Part shown: piece after piece, positions 1 to 8,319 of the stretch
Layout of the letters: each line of letters starts with the position of its first letter
Position numbering within the stretch: position 1 is the first letter of the stretch
Virus record (IMG/VR): IMGVR_UViG_3300036792_000197
Coordinates: 1 to 53,138 of that record
Strand: one strand, 5' to 3'
Origin: a virus
Lineage: Duplodnaviria > Caudoviricetes
DNA length: 53,138 bases
The notes under the pieces: generated by a model
What the model was told of the DNA's origin: nothing
What the model saw: only the letters and a program-made list of their open reading frames with translations
The model's database searches: none
Program-made: the position numbers and the translations under genes

Positions 1-127
1 GGTGCTCACCGAGCGCCAGCCGAACATCTGCCCGGTGCGGACCATGGCCGCGATGTGCGGGTGGCTCGCCGGGCAGGCCGAGTGGGTCATGTACCGGGAC
101 TGGGCGGGTGACATGGCCGGCGCGGTC
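1..127 (+). repeat. Terminal direct repeat, copy 1 (identical to 53012-53138); probable assembly k-mer overlap
   Basis: GGTGCTCACC...GGCGCGGTC occurs at both ends; 127 nt is a common assembler k. Confidence 0.95.
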
Positions 128-382
128 ACCTCCGCCACCGGCCGCGCCATCGCGGTCCTCGACCCGATGCCCCGCGCGGAGATCCCGATCCCCGCCGCCG
201 TCAACTGGTGCCCCGCCTGCGACCATGCGGGCGGCCTGTCCGCCGTCGTCAGCCAGGACCCCGCCGACCGGCGGCAGTCCATGGTCACCTGCGCCATGTG
301 CCTGCACGAGTGGGACGCCACGCAGTGGCTCCGGCTCGGCCAGGTCATCACCCGCCACCGCGACACCGGGAAGGCAGCATGA
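2..382 (+). CDS. 3' part of the junction-spanning Zn-finger protein that starts at 52749; possible late regulator
   Basis: In frame with ATG 52749 across the join; CPAC and CAMC...W motifs. Confidence 0.7.
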   Translation: MLTERQPNICPVRTMAAMCGWLAGQAEWVMYRDWAGDMAGAVTSATGRAIAVLDPMPRAEIPIPAAVNWCPACDHAGGLSAVVSQDPADRRQSMVTCAMCLHEWDATQWLRLGQVITRHRDTGKAA

Positions 383-657
383 CCATGGACGATGACCCGC
401 AGGCACGCCAGAGGCAGAGCGAGGCCCGCTGGAGCGCCACCCCGGACACCATCATCCTGAACGGGGTAGAGACGCGGATCGTCAAGCCCCCGCCCCCGTC
501 GATCGTCGTAGCGGCTGACGACGGCACCGAGCTGCTGCGCATCGACTTGACGGAACACGGAACGCTCGACGTGACCGGCGCCGAGGACCGCTGGACTGAA
601 GGCGCGGCGCGGTTTGTCGCCGAGGTGCGCCGCATGCTCACGGAGGCAACACCATGA
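379..657 (+). CDS. Hypothetical protein
   Basis: ATGA overlaps with both neighbours; GC3-rich frame. Confidence 0.7.
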   Translation: MTMDDDPQARQRQSEARWSATPDTIILNGVETRIVKPPPPSIVVAADDGTELLRIDLTEHGTLDVTGAEDRWTEGAARFVAEVRRMLTEATP

Positions 658-1202
658 CCAGCTTGCAAGCGATCCTCCTACCCGGCGACGTGCTCGCCGT
701 CCGGGGCAACAGCACCCCAGACGAGATCATCCGCATCGGCCAGGAACTCAACGGCAAGCCCGGCCTCGACAACCACATCGCGATAATGCACCACTGGGAC
801 GGCGACGTGCCATGGGGGCTGGAGGGCAAGCCCGGCGGCGTCGGATGGGCTGACCTGCGCAGTTACATCGCCAGCCCGTACACCATGGACAACTGCGCGC
901 AGCCCGGCCGCGATGATGCGAGCCGCGCCATGGTCGCGGCGGAAGCGCAGAAGATGCTCGGCACCAGCTACGACTGGGCGGCCATCGCCGACGACACGCT
1001 CCGCGCGTTCCACATGGGCGACCTGTTCAGCCAGACCATCAACGGCACGGTGCCCGGCCACGTGGTGTGCTCGTCCTACGCCGCGTTCCTCTACGAGCGC
1101 GCCGGATGGGAACACCCCATGGTCGCCGACCGGGACTGCGAGCCCGCCGACTGGACGGAACTCGTCATGGCCAAGGGCTGGAACGTGCGACTGGAGGCGT
1201 GA
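654..1202 (+). CDS. Permuted papain-like (NlpC/P60, YiiX/YaeF-type) amidase
   Basis: PGDVL...NHIAI (His first), Y-D-W and C-terminal VVCSSY (Cys): circularly permuted catalytic order. Confidence 0.75.
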   Translation: MTSLQAILLPGDVLAVRGNSTPDEIIRIGQELNGKPGLDNHIAIMHHWDGDVPWGLEGKPGGVGWADLRSYIASPYTMDNCAQPGRDDASRAMVAAEAQKMLGTSYDWAAIADDTLRAFHMGDLFSQTINGTVPGHVVCSSYAAFLYERAGWEHPMVADRDCEPADWTELVMAKGWNVRLEA

Positions 1203-1204
1203 CC

Positions 1205-1537
1205 ATGGACGACCTGATCGCGTTCATCAAGGCGCGGCTCGACGAGGACGAGGCGAACGGCCGTCACGCCCTGGCGCTGTGGCCCAGCACTCACTTCACC
1301 ATCGACCCCGGCTCGCTGGTCATCGTCGAGTTCCACCGGCGCCATGACCCTGACCGCGACCTGCGCGAGATCGCGGCCAAGCGCGCGATCCTGGCCATGG
1401 ATGACGACAGTGAGGGATACGCCTACAGCGTCGCCGTGAGCCGCGCCATCGTCCACCTCGCCGCCGCATGGTCGGACCACCCGGACTACCGCGCCGAGTG
1501 GGCGCCTGATGCCAGCGCCTTACCTGACCATGGCTGA
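1205..1537 (+). CDS. DUF6221-like actinobacterial phage protein
   Basis: MDDLIAFIKARLDEDE...HDPxRxLREIAAKRAIL...LAAAWSDHPDYRAEW signature. Confidence 0.8.
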   Translation: MDDLIAFIKARLDEDEANGRHALALWPSTHFTIDPGSLVIVEFHRRHDPDRDLREIAAKRAILAMDDDSEGYAYSVAVSRAIVHLAAAWSDHPDYRAEWAPDASALPDHG

Positions 1538-1742
1538 CCTTGCGAAGCTCTACCGCGTCCACCTCCGCACCGCGCAGCGGTGGGCAGCCGAGGACAAGTG
1601 GCGGCGCACCATGGGTAAGCCCGTCAAGTACTCGGTGGCTGACGCGCAGCAGAGCTACGAGCAACGGCGCGACCATGGCCGGCAGCGGCGCGCGGCAAGA
1701 CCGGGTAACACGCGACTCGCCACTGCGCTTGAACATCCTTGA
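1509..1742 (+). CDS. Small HTH DNA-binding protein (Xis/MerR-like)
   Basis: YLTMADLAKLYRVHLRTAQRWA helix-turn-helix pattern. Confidence 0.7.
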   Translation: MPAPYLTMADLAKLYRVHLRTAQRWAAEDKWRRTMGKPVKYSVADAQQSYEQRRDHGRQRRAARPGNTRLATALEHP

Positions 1743-1824
1743 CATAACTGCCACCATGGCTGCCATACAGTAGCCGGACGTGTCCCCAGGGAACGCCCGG
1801 CTTTCGCGTTCCCGGAGGCCAGCC

Positions 1825-1998
1825 ATGGTTGACCGCGCGTTCCTCCGCTGGGCCTGCGTCATCGCCGCGCTGCTGTTCGCGCTGCTGTGGCTCGTGTCCG
1901 TCACCGTCACCGGCTTCGCCGCACCATCGTGGATACCGCCCGCCGGACTGCTCGCCATCGTCCTGGCCGTCGCGATACCGCCGTCGCCCGCGCCGTGA
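1825..1998 (+). CDS. Small two-TM membrane protein
   Basis: GGAGG RBS before ATG 1825; two hydrophobic segments. Confidence 0.7.
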   Translation: MVDRAFLRWACVIAALLFALLWLVSVTVTGFAAPSWIPPAGLLAIVLAVAIPPSPAP

Positions 1999-2372
1999 GC
2001 CGCTACACCGGAACGACAGCGCAAAGAGGCTACGGCGCATCTCACCAGGCGCTGCGCAAGCAGCTGCTCGCACGCTGGCGGCCCGGCGACCCGTGCGCAC
2101 GCTGCGGCCAGCCGATGCTCTACCGCTGGATGACCGACGGCAGCGGGCGCCGAACCAGCGCGATCGACCTCGGCCACACCGACGACCGCACCGCCTACAC
2201 TGGCCTCGAGCACAGGTCATGCAACCGCCGCGACGGGCAGCGCAAGACCACCGCCGTACTACGCAGGCGCGGGCCCATGCCAGCACGGCAGCTGGCAGCC
2301 GTACGGATGCGGCAGTGGCAGGCGAGTGCGAAGGCAGTGGCAGGCGCGGCAAGGCAGGCACGGAACTGGTGA
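1995..2372 (+). CDS. Packaging-associated HNH endonuclease
   Basis: RGYGxxHQxLR, CARCG, DLGH...EHRSCNR motifs; directly upstream of the terminase as in HK97-like cos phages. Confidence 0.8.
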   Translation: MSRYTGTTAQRGYGASHQALRKQLLARWRPGDPCARCGQPMLYRWMTDGSGRRTSAIDLGHTDDRTAYTGLEHRSCNRRDGQRKTTAVLRRRGPMPARQLAAVRMRQWQASAKAVAGAARQARNW

Positions 2373-2373
2373 C

Positions 2374-2580
2374 GACCACCCGCCGTGACCAGCCGCGAGG
2401 TCACAGGCAGTGACCACGGTCAGCGCCGACCACCCGCCCGGTCATCAGTGACCACCCGCCGGTTTACCATCCACCGGGCCTGATCGACCATCGCTAGGCC
2501 GCTGACCAGCGGAAATGCGGGGGCGGTCGAATCGCGCCCGGAATGTCCGATTCTGGGCCGACTCCGCAGCCAAACTTCAT
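2374..2580. promoter_or_regulatory. Candidate cos/packaging region with short repeats
   Basis: Non-coding gap between HNH and terS; GACCACCCGCC x3 (2374, 2428, 2450), several TGACC/GGTCA, and a G-run GCGGGGGCGGTCGAATC. Confidence 0.55.
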
Positions 2581-2627
2581 ATGTTGACGGTTCAAGCGTA
2601 ACGTTTCCAGTGACGGAGGGTGACCGG

Positions 2628-2960
2628 GTGGCTGATTCGGGCGCGCTGCGGGTGCGCCGGGCCCGCGCTCACGCGGCCGGCGATCACTCGCTGTGCAAGC
2701 GCTGCGCGGCTGTTCGCGTTGACGCGCCGCCACGCCTGACGGCCCTCCCGCCGGTGCCGCGTGACGCGAGCGCGGCCGAGGTTGACGCGGCGCTTGAGAT
2801 GCGCCGGCTGGCCCTCCGCCTGGTGACCGCGCACGAGAGCGAGCCGGCGAACACGCTCCTGGCGCGCGAGCTGCGGATGACGCTCGCCGAGCTGATGCCG
2901 AAGGGCAAGCAGGACGCTGATGCCGACCTCACGGGGCTCTTCAGCGCTTTGCAAGCCTAG
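2628..2960 (+). CDS. terS: Terminase small subunit
   Basis: GGAGGG RBS; RRARAHAAGDHSLC N-terminus and ARELRMTLAEL helix; position before terL. Confidence 0.7.
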   Translation: MADSGALRVRRARAHAAGDHSLCKRCAAVRVDAPPRLTALPPVPRDASAAEVDAALEMRRLALRLVTAHESEPANTLLARELRMTLAELMPKGKQDADADLTGLFSALQA

Positions 2961-3858
2961 GTTCGCGACCCCGGCGACGCCCGGGCGGGCGAACCTGGCG
3001 GACGGCATCGCGAAGACGGCGCAGGTGCTGAACTTCCGCACGCCGCTGGGCCCGGGCCTGATGCCGTGGCAGCACGAGATGAACCAGGTCGCGACGGAGC
3101 TGGACAGCCGCGGGCGGCTTGTCTACCGCCAGGTGGTCATCGAGGTGATGCGGCAGCAGGGCAAGTCGGTTGACCTGCTGTCGATGATGATCGCGCGGGG
3201 TTTGCGGCGGCCGGGGACGCAGATCTCGTACACGGCGCAGACGCGGCTGGACGCGCGGCACCGGATGATCGACGTGTGGTGGCCGCGTATCCAGGGCTCG
3301 AAGCTGGCGCGGTTCATTGACATCCGCAAGGGGTCGGGCTCGGAGGCGCTGGTGTTCGCGAACGGGTCGATGCTGGGCCTGGTGAGCAACACGCAGACCT
3401 CCGGTCACGGTGACAACCTGGACCTGGGCGTGATCGACGAGGCGTGGGCGCAGCATGATGATCACCTGGAGCAGGCGATGCGCCCGGCGATGATGACGCG
3501 GGACGCGCAGCTGTGGGTGGTGTCGGCGGCGGGTGACGAGCGGTCTGAGTACTTCCGCCGGAAGGTGGAGGACGGCCGGAGCCGCGCGCAGATGGGCGTG
3601 ACGGAGGGCGGCTGCTACGTCGGCTACTCGGCGCCGGATGACGCGGAGCCGGGGGACCCGGCGACGTGGCGGGCGTGCATGCCGGCGCTGGGGATCACGG
3701 TGACCGAGGAGACGGTGGCGACGGACTTCGGGCTGATGGAGCTCAGCGAGTTCCGCCGAGCGTACTTGTGCCAGTGGCCGGAGGTCGCGAAGCCGGGCTG
3801 GGGCGTGATCGGCCAGGACGCGTGGGGCGCGGCGGCCGCGCCGAGCGGGCTGCTGTGA
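2920..3858 (+). CDS. terL: Terminase large subunit, ATPase domain gene
   Basis: LMPWQ, Walker A RQQGKS, Walker B LGVIDEAW, VSAAG motif III, FRRAYLCQW. Confidence 0.9.
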   Translation: MPTSRGSSALCKPRFATPATPGRANLADGIAKTAQVLNFRTPLGPGLMPWQHEMNQVATELDSRGRLVYRQVVIEVMRQQGKSVDLLSMMIARGLRRPGTQISYTAQTRLDARHRMIDVWWPRIQGSKLARFIDIRKGSGSEALVFANGSMLGLVSNTQTSGHGDNLDLGVIDEAWAQHDDHLEQAMRPAMMTRDAQLWVVSAAGDERSEYFRRKVEDGRSRAQMGVTEGGCYVGYSAPDDAEPGDPATWRACMPALGITVTEETVATDFGLMELSEFRRAYLCQWPEVAKPGWGVIGQDAWGAAAAPSGLL

Positions 3859-4364
3859 GCGGCGAGGTCGCGTTCGGGGCGGCGATCAGCGAGGACCGGA
3901 AGCTGGCGTCGGTGGTCGCGGCAGGGCGCAGCGCGGCGTCGGGGAAGGTGCTGGTCGACCTGGCGCCGTACTACGGTCACCCGCGGGCTGTGGTGGCCCG
4001 GCTGGGGGAGCTGTACGAGAAGCATGACCCGGTCGCGGTGGTGGTGAACGCGAAGGCGCAGTCGGGGACGCTGGTGGAGCCGCTGAAGACGGCGGGGATC
4101 ATCGCGGTGCTGCCGTCGGCGGAGGACGTGGCGGTGGCGCACGGGCAGTTCCTGGACCTGGTGAACGACGGGGGCCTGGAGCACCTGGACCAGAAGCCGC
4201 TGACGGACGCGGTGCGGGCGGCGCAGCAGCGGCCGTTGTCGGGTGCGAAGGCGTGGGACCCGAAGGCGCCGGTGGACCAGTCGCCTCTTGTGGCGGCGAC
4301 TTTGGCGGTGTGGGCGTTCCTGCGGTGGGAGGAGCTGGCCGCGCCGGGCGTGTGGAATATCTAG
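3855..4364 (+). CDS. terL: Terminase large subunit, nuclease (RNase H-fold) domain gene, apparently degenerate active site
   Basis: GTGA overlap; VAFGAAISEDR...VAVVVN...LEHLDQxxL...AWD...VDQSPLVAATLAVW matches the actinophage TerL C-terminus. Confidence 0.8.
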   Translation: MSGEVAFGAAISEDRKLASVVAAGRSAASGKVLVDLAPYYGHPRAVVARLGELYEKHDPVAVVVNAKAQSGTLVEPLKTAGIIAVLPSAEDVAVAHGQFLDLVNDGGLEHLDQKPLTDAVRAAQQRPLSGAKAWDPKAPVDQSPLVAATLAVWAFLRWEELAAPGVWNI

Positions 4365-4374
4365 GGAGGTCACG

Positions 4375-4635
4375 ATGCCAACACCGGAAAACGATCCTGC
4401 GGTAGGCGATCCGGTTATCCTGCGTGGCCGTATCAAGGCCATCGACAGTGGCGTCGCGCTTGTCGAGGTGTACCGGACGTACCCGGTCGGCGGCACCGTC
4501 GCAGTCCAGTGCGGAGCGCTGGAACTCAACGAGACGCCAGATGGCCCGGACGAAGCCGAGGCTTCCGACGAGGACCGTATCCGCGAGGCGATGAACGAGG
4601 CGCAGGAGCACCCTGGCCGGACCGTGACGAGGTAA
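4375..4635 (+). CDS. Hypothetical protein
   Basis: GGGAGG RBS; ATG 4375. Confidence 0.65.
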   Translation: MPTPENDPAVGDPVILRGRIKAIDSGVALVEVYRTYPVGGTVAVQCGALELNETPDGPDEAEASDEDRIREAMNEAQEHPGRTVTR

Positions 4636-4638
4636 GCC

Positions 4639-4854
4639 GTGCGCCTGTCCGTAATCCTGCTTGTCGTCGCCCTGGCGGGCGTCCTCGGCGGTGGCGCCCT
4701 GATTGGCCTGCCTGCGCTGGGCGGGTGCCTGATCTTCGACTCGCTGGCGGTGGGCGTGTGGGCTTTGTGGCGTGATGACGGGTCGCGGGCGGTGCCGGGC
4801 GTGCACGAGGTGCCGACGCTGGCGCAGGTGCTTGAGAGGGCCCGCGCGTCGTGA
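4639..4854 (+). CDS. Small two-TM membrane protein between terL and portal
   Basis: Hydrophobic hairpin; common position in actinophages. Confidence 0.7.
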   Translation: MRLSVILLVVALAGVLGGGALIGLPALGGCLIFDSLAVGVWALWRDDGSRAVPGVHEVPTLAQVLERARAS

Positions 4855-5186
4855 GCATCCCGCTGCGCATCGTCGACCGGCCGCCTGCGGGCGAGCCTGA
4901 GCCGGGCATGATGTGGCGCTACCCGGACGGCGACGAGGGCGGCCGCGAGTGCTGGTGGGTCGTGCTGCCGAATACCAAGCCGCAGGGGCCCGGCTATGCC
5001 TCGGAAATCACCTGGCGCACGACTGACCGGGCATCCTCGCCGCCTCACGAGATGTGGCAGGTGAGCGGCACGCCCCCGCTGATCACGGTCACTCCGTCGA
5101 TCGACGTCGAGTGCTGGCTGCCGGACGGCATCCGTGACGGCTCGTACTGGCACGGGTTCATCACCAACGGTGAGCTGGTCGGCTGA
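4851..5186 (+). CDS. DUF6527-like protein
   Basis: WQVSGTPPLITVTPSI...WHGFITNG C-terminal signature. Confidence 0.55.
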   Translation: MSIPLRIVDRPPAGEPEPGMMWRYPDGDEGGRECWWVVLPNTKPQGPGYASEITWRTTDRASSPPHEMWQVSGTPPLITVTPSIDVECWLPDGIRDGSYWHGFITNGELVG

Positions 5187-6625
5187 TGAGGCTGGTTGAC
5201 CGGCTAATCCGCCGTGACGGCTACTGGGAGGGCATGGCGTCGGGCGCCGCGATCCTGACGACGTCCTACGGGTCGCCTGACCGTGAGCCGGTGATGCCGC
5301 AGCTGACAGGATGGGCGCAGCGGGCCAACGGGTCAAACGCCCCTGTGTTCGCCGCGATCCTGGTGCGGATGGCGCTGTTCAGCGAGATCACGTTCCAGTT
5401 CCAGGCCAAGGACGACAAGCACCTGTTCGGCAACCCGGCGCTCGCGAAGCTCGAGCAGCCGTTCGGGCCCGGCAGCACGACGCAGAACCTGCTCGCCCGC
5501 ATGGAGCAGGACGTGTCGCTGGCGGGGAACGCGTTCATCTGGGACGCGCCCGGCGACGGCCCGCTGGTGCGACTGCGGCCGGACTGGGTCACGATCATCT
5601 CCGAGGTCGTCCAGCTCGACGACGACCCTCGCGGCGGCTGGTACAGGCAGCCGGTCGGCTACTGGTTCGAGCCCCCGAAGGGCCTCGGCAACCAGCCGCC
5701 CGGGTTCTTCATCCCCGCGGAGGAAGTAGCGCACTGGGCGCCGGTCCCGGACCCGCAGGCGGACTTCCGCGGCATGTCGTGGCTGACCCCGGTGATGCGC
5801 GACATCCAGGGCGACGACGGGCTGAGCGTCTACAAGATCAAGTACTTGTCGAATAACGCGTCGCCGAACCTGCTGATCAAGTACGCGCAGAAGCTCCAGC
5901 CGGGCACGGTCGACAGCCTCCGGGAGCGGATGCAGGCCCGCTACGGCGGCCCAGACAACGCGTTCAAGACGCTGGTGCTCGACCAGGGCGCCGACGCGAC
6001 GGTGATCGGCAACAACCTCGCGCAGATGAACTTCGACGCGGTGCAGAGCGCCGGCGCCGAGCGGATCCTGGCGGCGGCGAACGTCCCGGCGGTCCTGGTC
6101 GGCCTGGAGCCGCTGCGCGGCGCGGGCCGCGGCTACCAGGAGTCGATGCAGAAGTTCGCCAACCTGTTCGCCCGGCCGCAGTGGCGCTCAGCGTGCGCGA
6201 CGCTGGAGAAGCTGGCGGACGCCCCCGCAGGGAACCGGCTGTGGTTCGACACCTCCGACGTTGCGGCGCTGCAGGACGGGGAGATGGAACGCGGGCAGAC
6301 GGTCCTGGTCAAGTCTCAGGCGGTGCTGGCGCTGAACCAGGCGGCCAGGTACGAGCCGGACTCGATTGTCACCGCGGTCAACTCCGGTGACCTGACGCAG
6401 CTGAAGCCGCTGCCCAATCCCCCGCCGCCGCTGCCCGCCGGCGGCCCGGCCGTGCAGCACATGCTCCCGCAGACGCCGCCGGGGGCGACGGCCGAGCCGC
6501 TGCCGTCGTCGATGCCGCGGTTGCCGGTGGGGTCGACCTCGCCGGGGGACGGCGGGAACGGCACACGGCCGGGTCCGCTGCCGACAAGCGCGCGGCGGGC
6601 ACTGAACGGAGCCAGTCATGACTGA
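5186..6625 (+). CDS. Portal protein (HK97 family) with Pro-rich C-terminal tail
   Basis: DVSLAGNAF, LRPDWV, FRGMSWL, ILAAANVPAVLVG motifs; position after terL. Confidence 0.92.
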   Translation: MRLVDRLIRRDGYWEGMASGAAILTTSYGSPDREPVMPQLTGWAQRANGSNAPVFAAILVRMALFSEITFQFQAKDDKHLFGNPALAKLEQPFGPGSTTQNLLARMEQDVSLAGNAFIWDAPGDGPLVRLRPDWVTIISEVVQLDDDPRGGWYRQPVGYWFEPPKGLGNQPPGFFIPAEEVAHWAPVPDPQADFRGMSWLTPVMRDIQGDDGLSVYKIKYLSNNASPNLLIKYAQKLQPGTVDSLRERMQARYGGPDNAFKTLVLDQGADATVIGNNLAQMNFDAVQSAGAERILAAANVPAVLVGLEPLRGAGRGYQESMQKFANLFARPQWRSACATLEKLADAPAGNRLWFDTSDVAALQDGEMERGQTVLVKSQAVLALNQAARYEPDSIVTAVNSGDLTQLKPLPNPPPPLPAGGPAVQHMLPQTPPGATAEPLPSSMPRLPVGSTSPGDGGNGTRPGPLPTSARRALNGASHD

Positions 6626-7223
6626 CGGATGGGCGGCCCGGTGGGCTGGCGCGTGGGCAGGCGGCGCGCAGAGGTTCAACCACAGCCACGCCCCGGCAGG
6701 GTCACCGACGGGCGGCCAGTTCAGCACCAGCGGCGGCGGCAGCAGCTCGTCCGGGAGCGGCAGCGCCAAGGGCGGCGGCAAGGCCGCGGCGAGGCCGCTG
6801 GACGCGCACCAGAAGCACATGGCGCACCTCGCCCGCGTGCGGAACGTGGCCGCCCACCCGGCCTCGGCCACGGCGGCTGACCGGGCGCACGCGAAGGCCG
6901 CGCTGCTCACCCAGGCCAGAGCCGACCGGCTGAAGATCACGGCCCTGCAGGCGCAGCTGAAAAGCCTGACAGCCCAGGAAGCCAAGGCCGTCGCAACCGC
7001 CAAGCACACGGCAGCGAAGGCGGCGACCGCGAAAGCCGGGCCGAACCTGAAGAAATCCGTCGCGCACGCCGCGGCGGCCAAGAAGCCGGCAACGGCCAAG
7101 AAGACGACGACGACGACGGCTAAGAAGCAGACGCTGAAGCAGCAGATCGCCGCCGTGGAGGCGCAGATCGCCAACCTGACAGCGCAGGCGAAATCGGACG
7201 AGGCCGCGGCGGCGAAACTGTGA
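6618..7223 (+). CDS. Lys/Ala-rich putative internal head protein
   Basis: FNHSHAPAGSPTGGQF motif followed by a basic Ala/Lys-rich coiled region; between portal and protease. Confidence 0.65.
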   Translation: MTDGWAARWAGAWAGGAQRFNHSHAPAGSPTGGQFSTSGGGSSSSGSGSAKGGGKAAARPLDAHQKHMAHLARVRNVAAHPASATAADRAHAKAALLTQARADRLKITALQAQLKSLTAQEAKAVATAKHTAAKAATAKAGPNLKKSVAHAAAAKKPATAKKTTTTTAKKQTLKQQIAAVEAQIANLTAQAKSDEAAAAKL

Positions 7224-7279
7224 CCGGCGACCACCTCGAGCAGCACGCAGCCACGGAAAAGCACGCAGGAAGGGCAGCG

Positions 7280-8296
7280 ATGGCCGACACGAAGGCACCC
7301 GCCAGGCCTTACGGCGACGTGAAGTACGCCGACCCGAAGAACGGCAAGTACCCCATCGACACCGCGGAGCACGCCCGGGCGGCCTGGTCGTACATTAACC
7401 AGCAGAAGAACGCTGGCGAGTACCCGATGAACGGCGTCACCCTGTCCGAGGTGAAGGACGCGATCATGTCGGCGTGCAAGAAGTTCGGCATCGACGTGTC
7501 CAACGACAGCGGCCGCGCCGCCGCGCCGCCGGAGATCGTCCGCTGGTACGCGCTGGAGGACATGCACATCGTGACCCGCGGCGAAGGTGACGGCAGCGGC
7601 CGCGTCGTCGAGGCGTTCGCCGCCGTGTTTGACCAGCCGGCCGAGATCAAGGACTTCGAGGGCCACTACCTGGAGACCATCGACCGCACCGCGTTCAATA
7701 AGCGGCTGGCGGACCTCGAGCGGTCCAGGGGCGGCTTCGCGTCGGTGAAGGTGCTCTACAACCACGGGATGACCTTGCAGGGCACCCCGTCGGAGCGGTT
7801 CTCCATGCCGGTCGGCACGCCGCTGCGCGACGGCGGCATCGTGGCCACCGACCGCGGGCTGCTGACCCGCACCGAGTACAACCGGACGCCGCTGGCCGAG
7901 GAGGTACTGGAGCTGATCCGCTCCGGCTCGGTCACCTCCCAGTCGTTCACCGGCCGGATCGTCCGCTCTGACCCGCAGCTCGGCCGCGGCCGGCAGCACC
8001 GCCCCGCCGGCGGGGAGCTGCCGCACGTGCGCCGCACCGAGCTGGGCCTGCGCGAGTACGGGACTGTCGTGTGGCCCGCGTACGAGGGCGCCGAGATCTT
8101 CGGCGTCCGCATGTCCACTCCCGGTACCTGGGAGCCGGAACAGGTTGACGAGGCACTTCCGCCGGATGCAGAAGCCGCCGCCGGTGAGCCGCCCGCGCCC
8201 CTCGAGGGCGACGAGCACTCGGCCCGGTATCACCAGCACGCGCTCTACGCGCTCCGCTCTAAGGAGCTGCGCGAGAAGCACGGGCTGGCCTGGTAA
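7280..8296 (+). CDS. HK97-type prohead protease with N-terminal DUF6582-like domain
   Basis: PYGDVKYADP..KYPIDTAEHARAAWSYI N-domain; EAFAAVFD, VLYNHG, SQSFTG, EYGTVVWPAYEGA protease motifs. Confidence 0.88.
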   Translation: MADTKAPARPYGDVKYADPKNGKYPIDTAEHARAAWSYINQQKNAGEYPMNGVTLSEVKDAIMSACKKFGIDVSNDSGRAAAPPEIVRWYALEDMHIVTRGEGDGSGRVVEAFAAVFDQPAEIKDFEGHYLETIDRTAFNKRLADLERSRGGFASVKVLYNHGMTLQGTPSERFSMPVGTPLRDGGIVATDRGLLTRTEYNRTPLAEEVLELIRSGSVTSQSFTGRIVRSDPQLGRGRQHRPAGGELPHVRRTELGLREYGTVVWPAYEGAEIFGVRMSTPGTWEPEQVDEALPPDAEAAAGEPPAPLEGDEHSARYHQHALYALRSKELREKHGLAW

Positions 8297-8319
8297 CCAG
8301 ACCGAAGGAGGCGCGGCAG

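Noticed and set aside
1-127. 127-bp terminal repeat as a biological terminal repeat
   Set aside because: The length equals a common assembler k-mer and it falls mid-gene; it indicates circularity only
2374-2510. CRISPR-like or tRNA-like array
   Set aside because: Repeats are 5-11 bp with irregular spacing; no cas genes; no cloverleaf seen anywhere in the window
3624-8281. Long antisense ORFs (3624-5336, 6188-8281; likewise 22095-24170, 30875-32581, 46869-48650)
   Set aside because: Shadow frames expected in high-GC DNA opposite well-supported genes; no motifs
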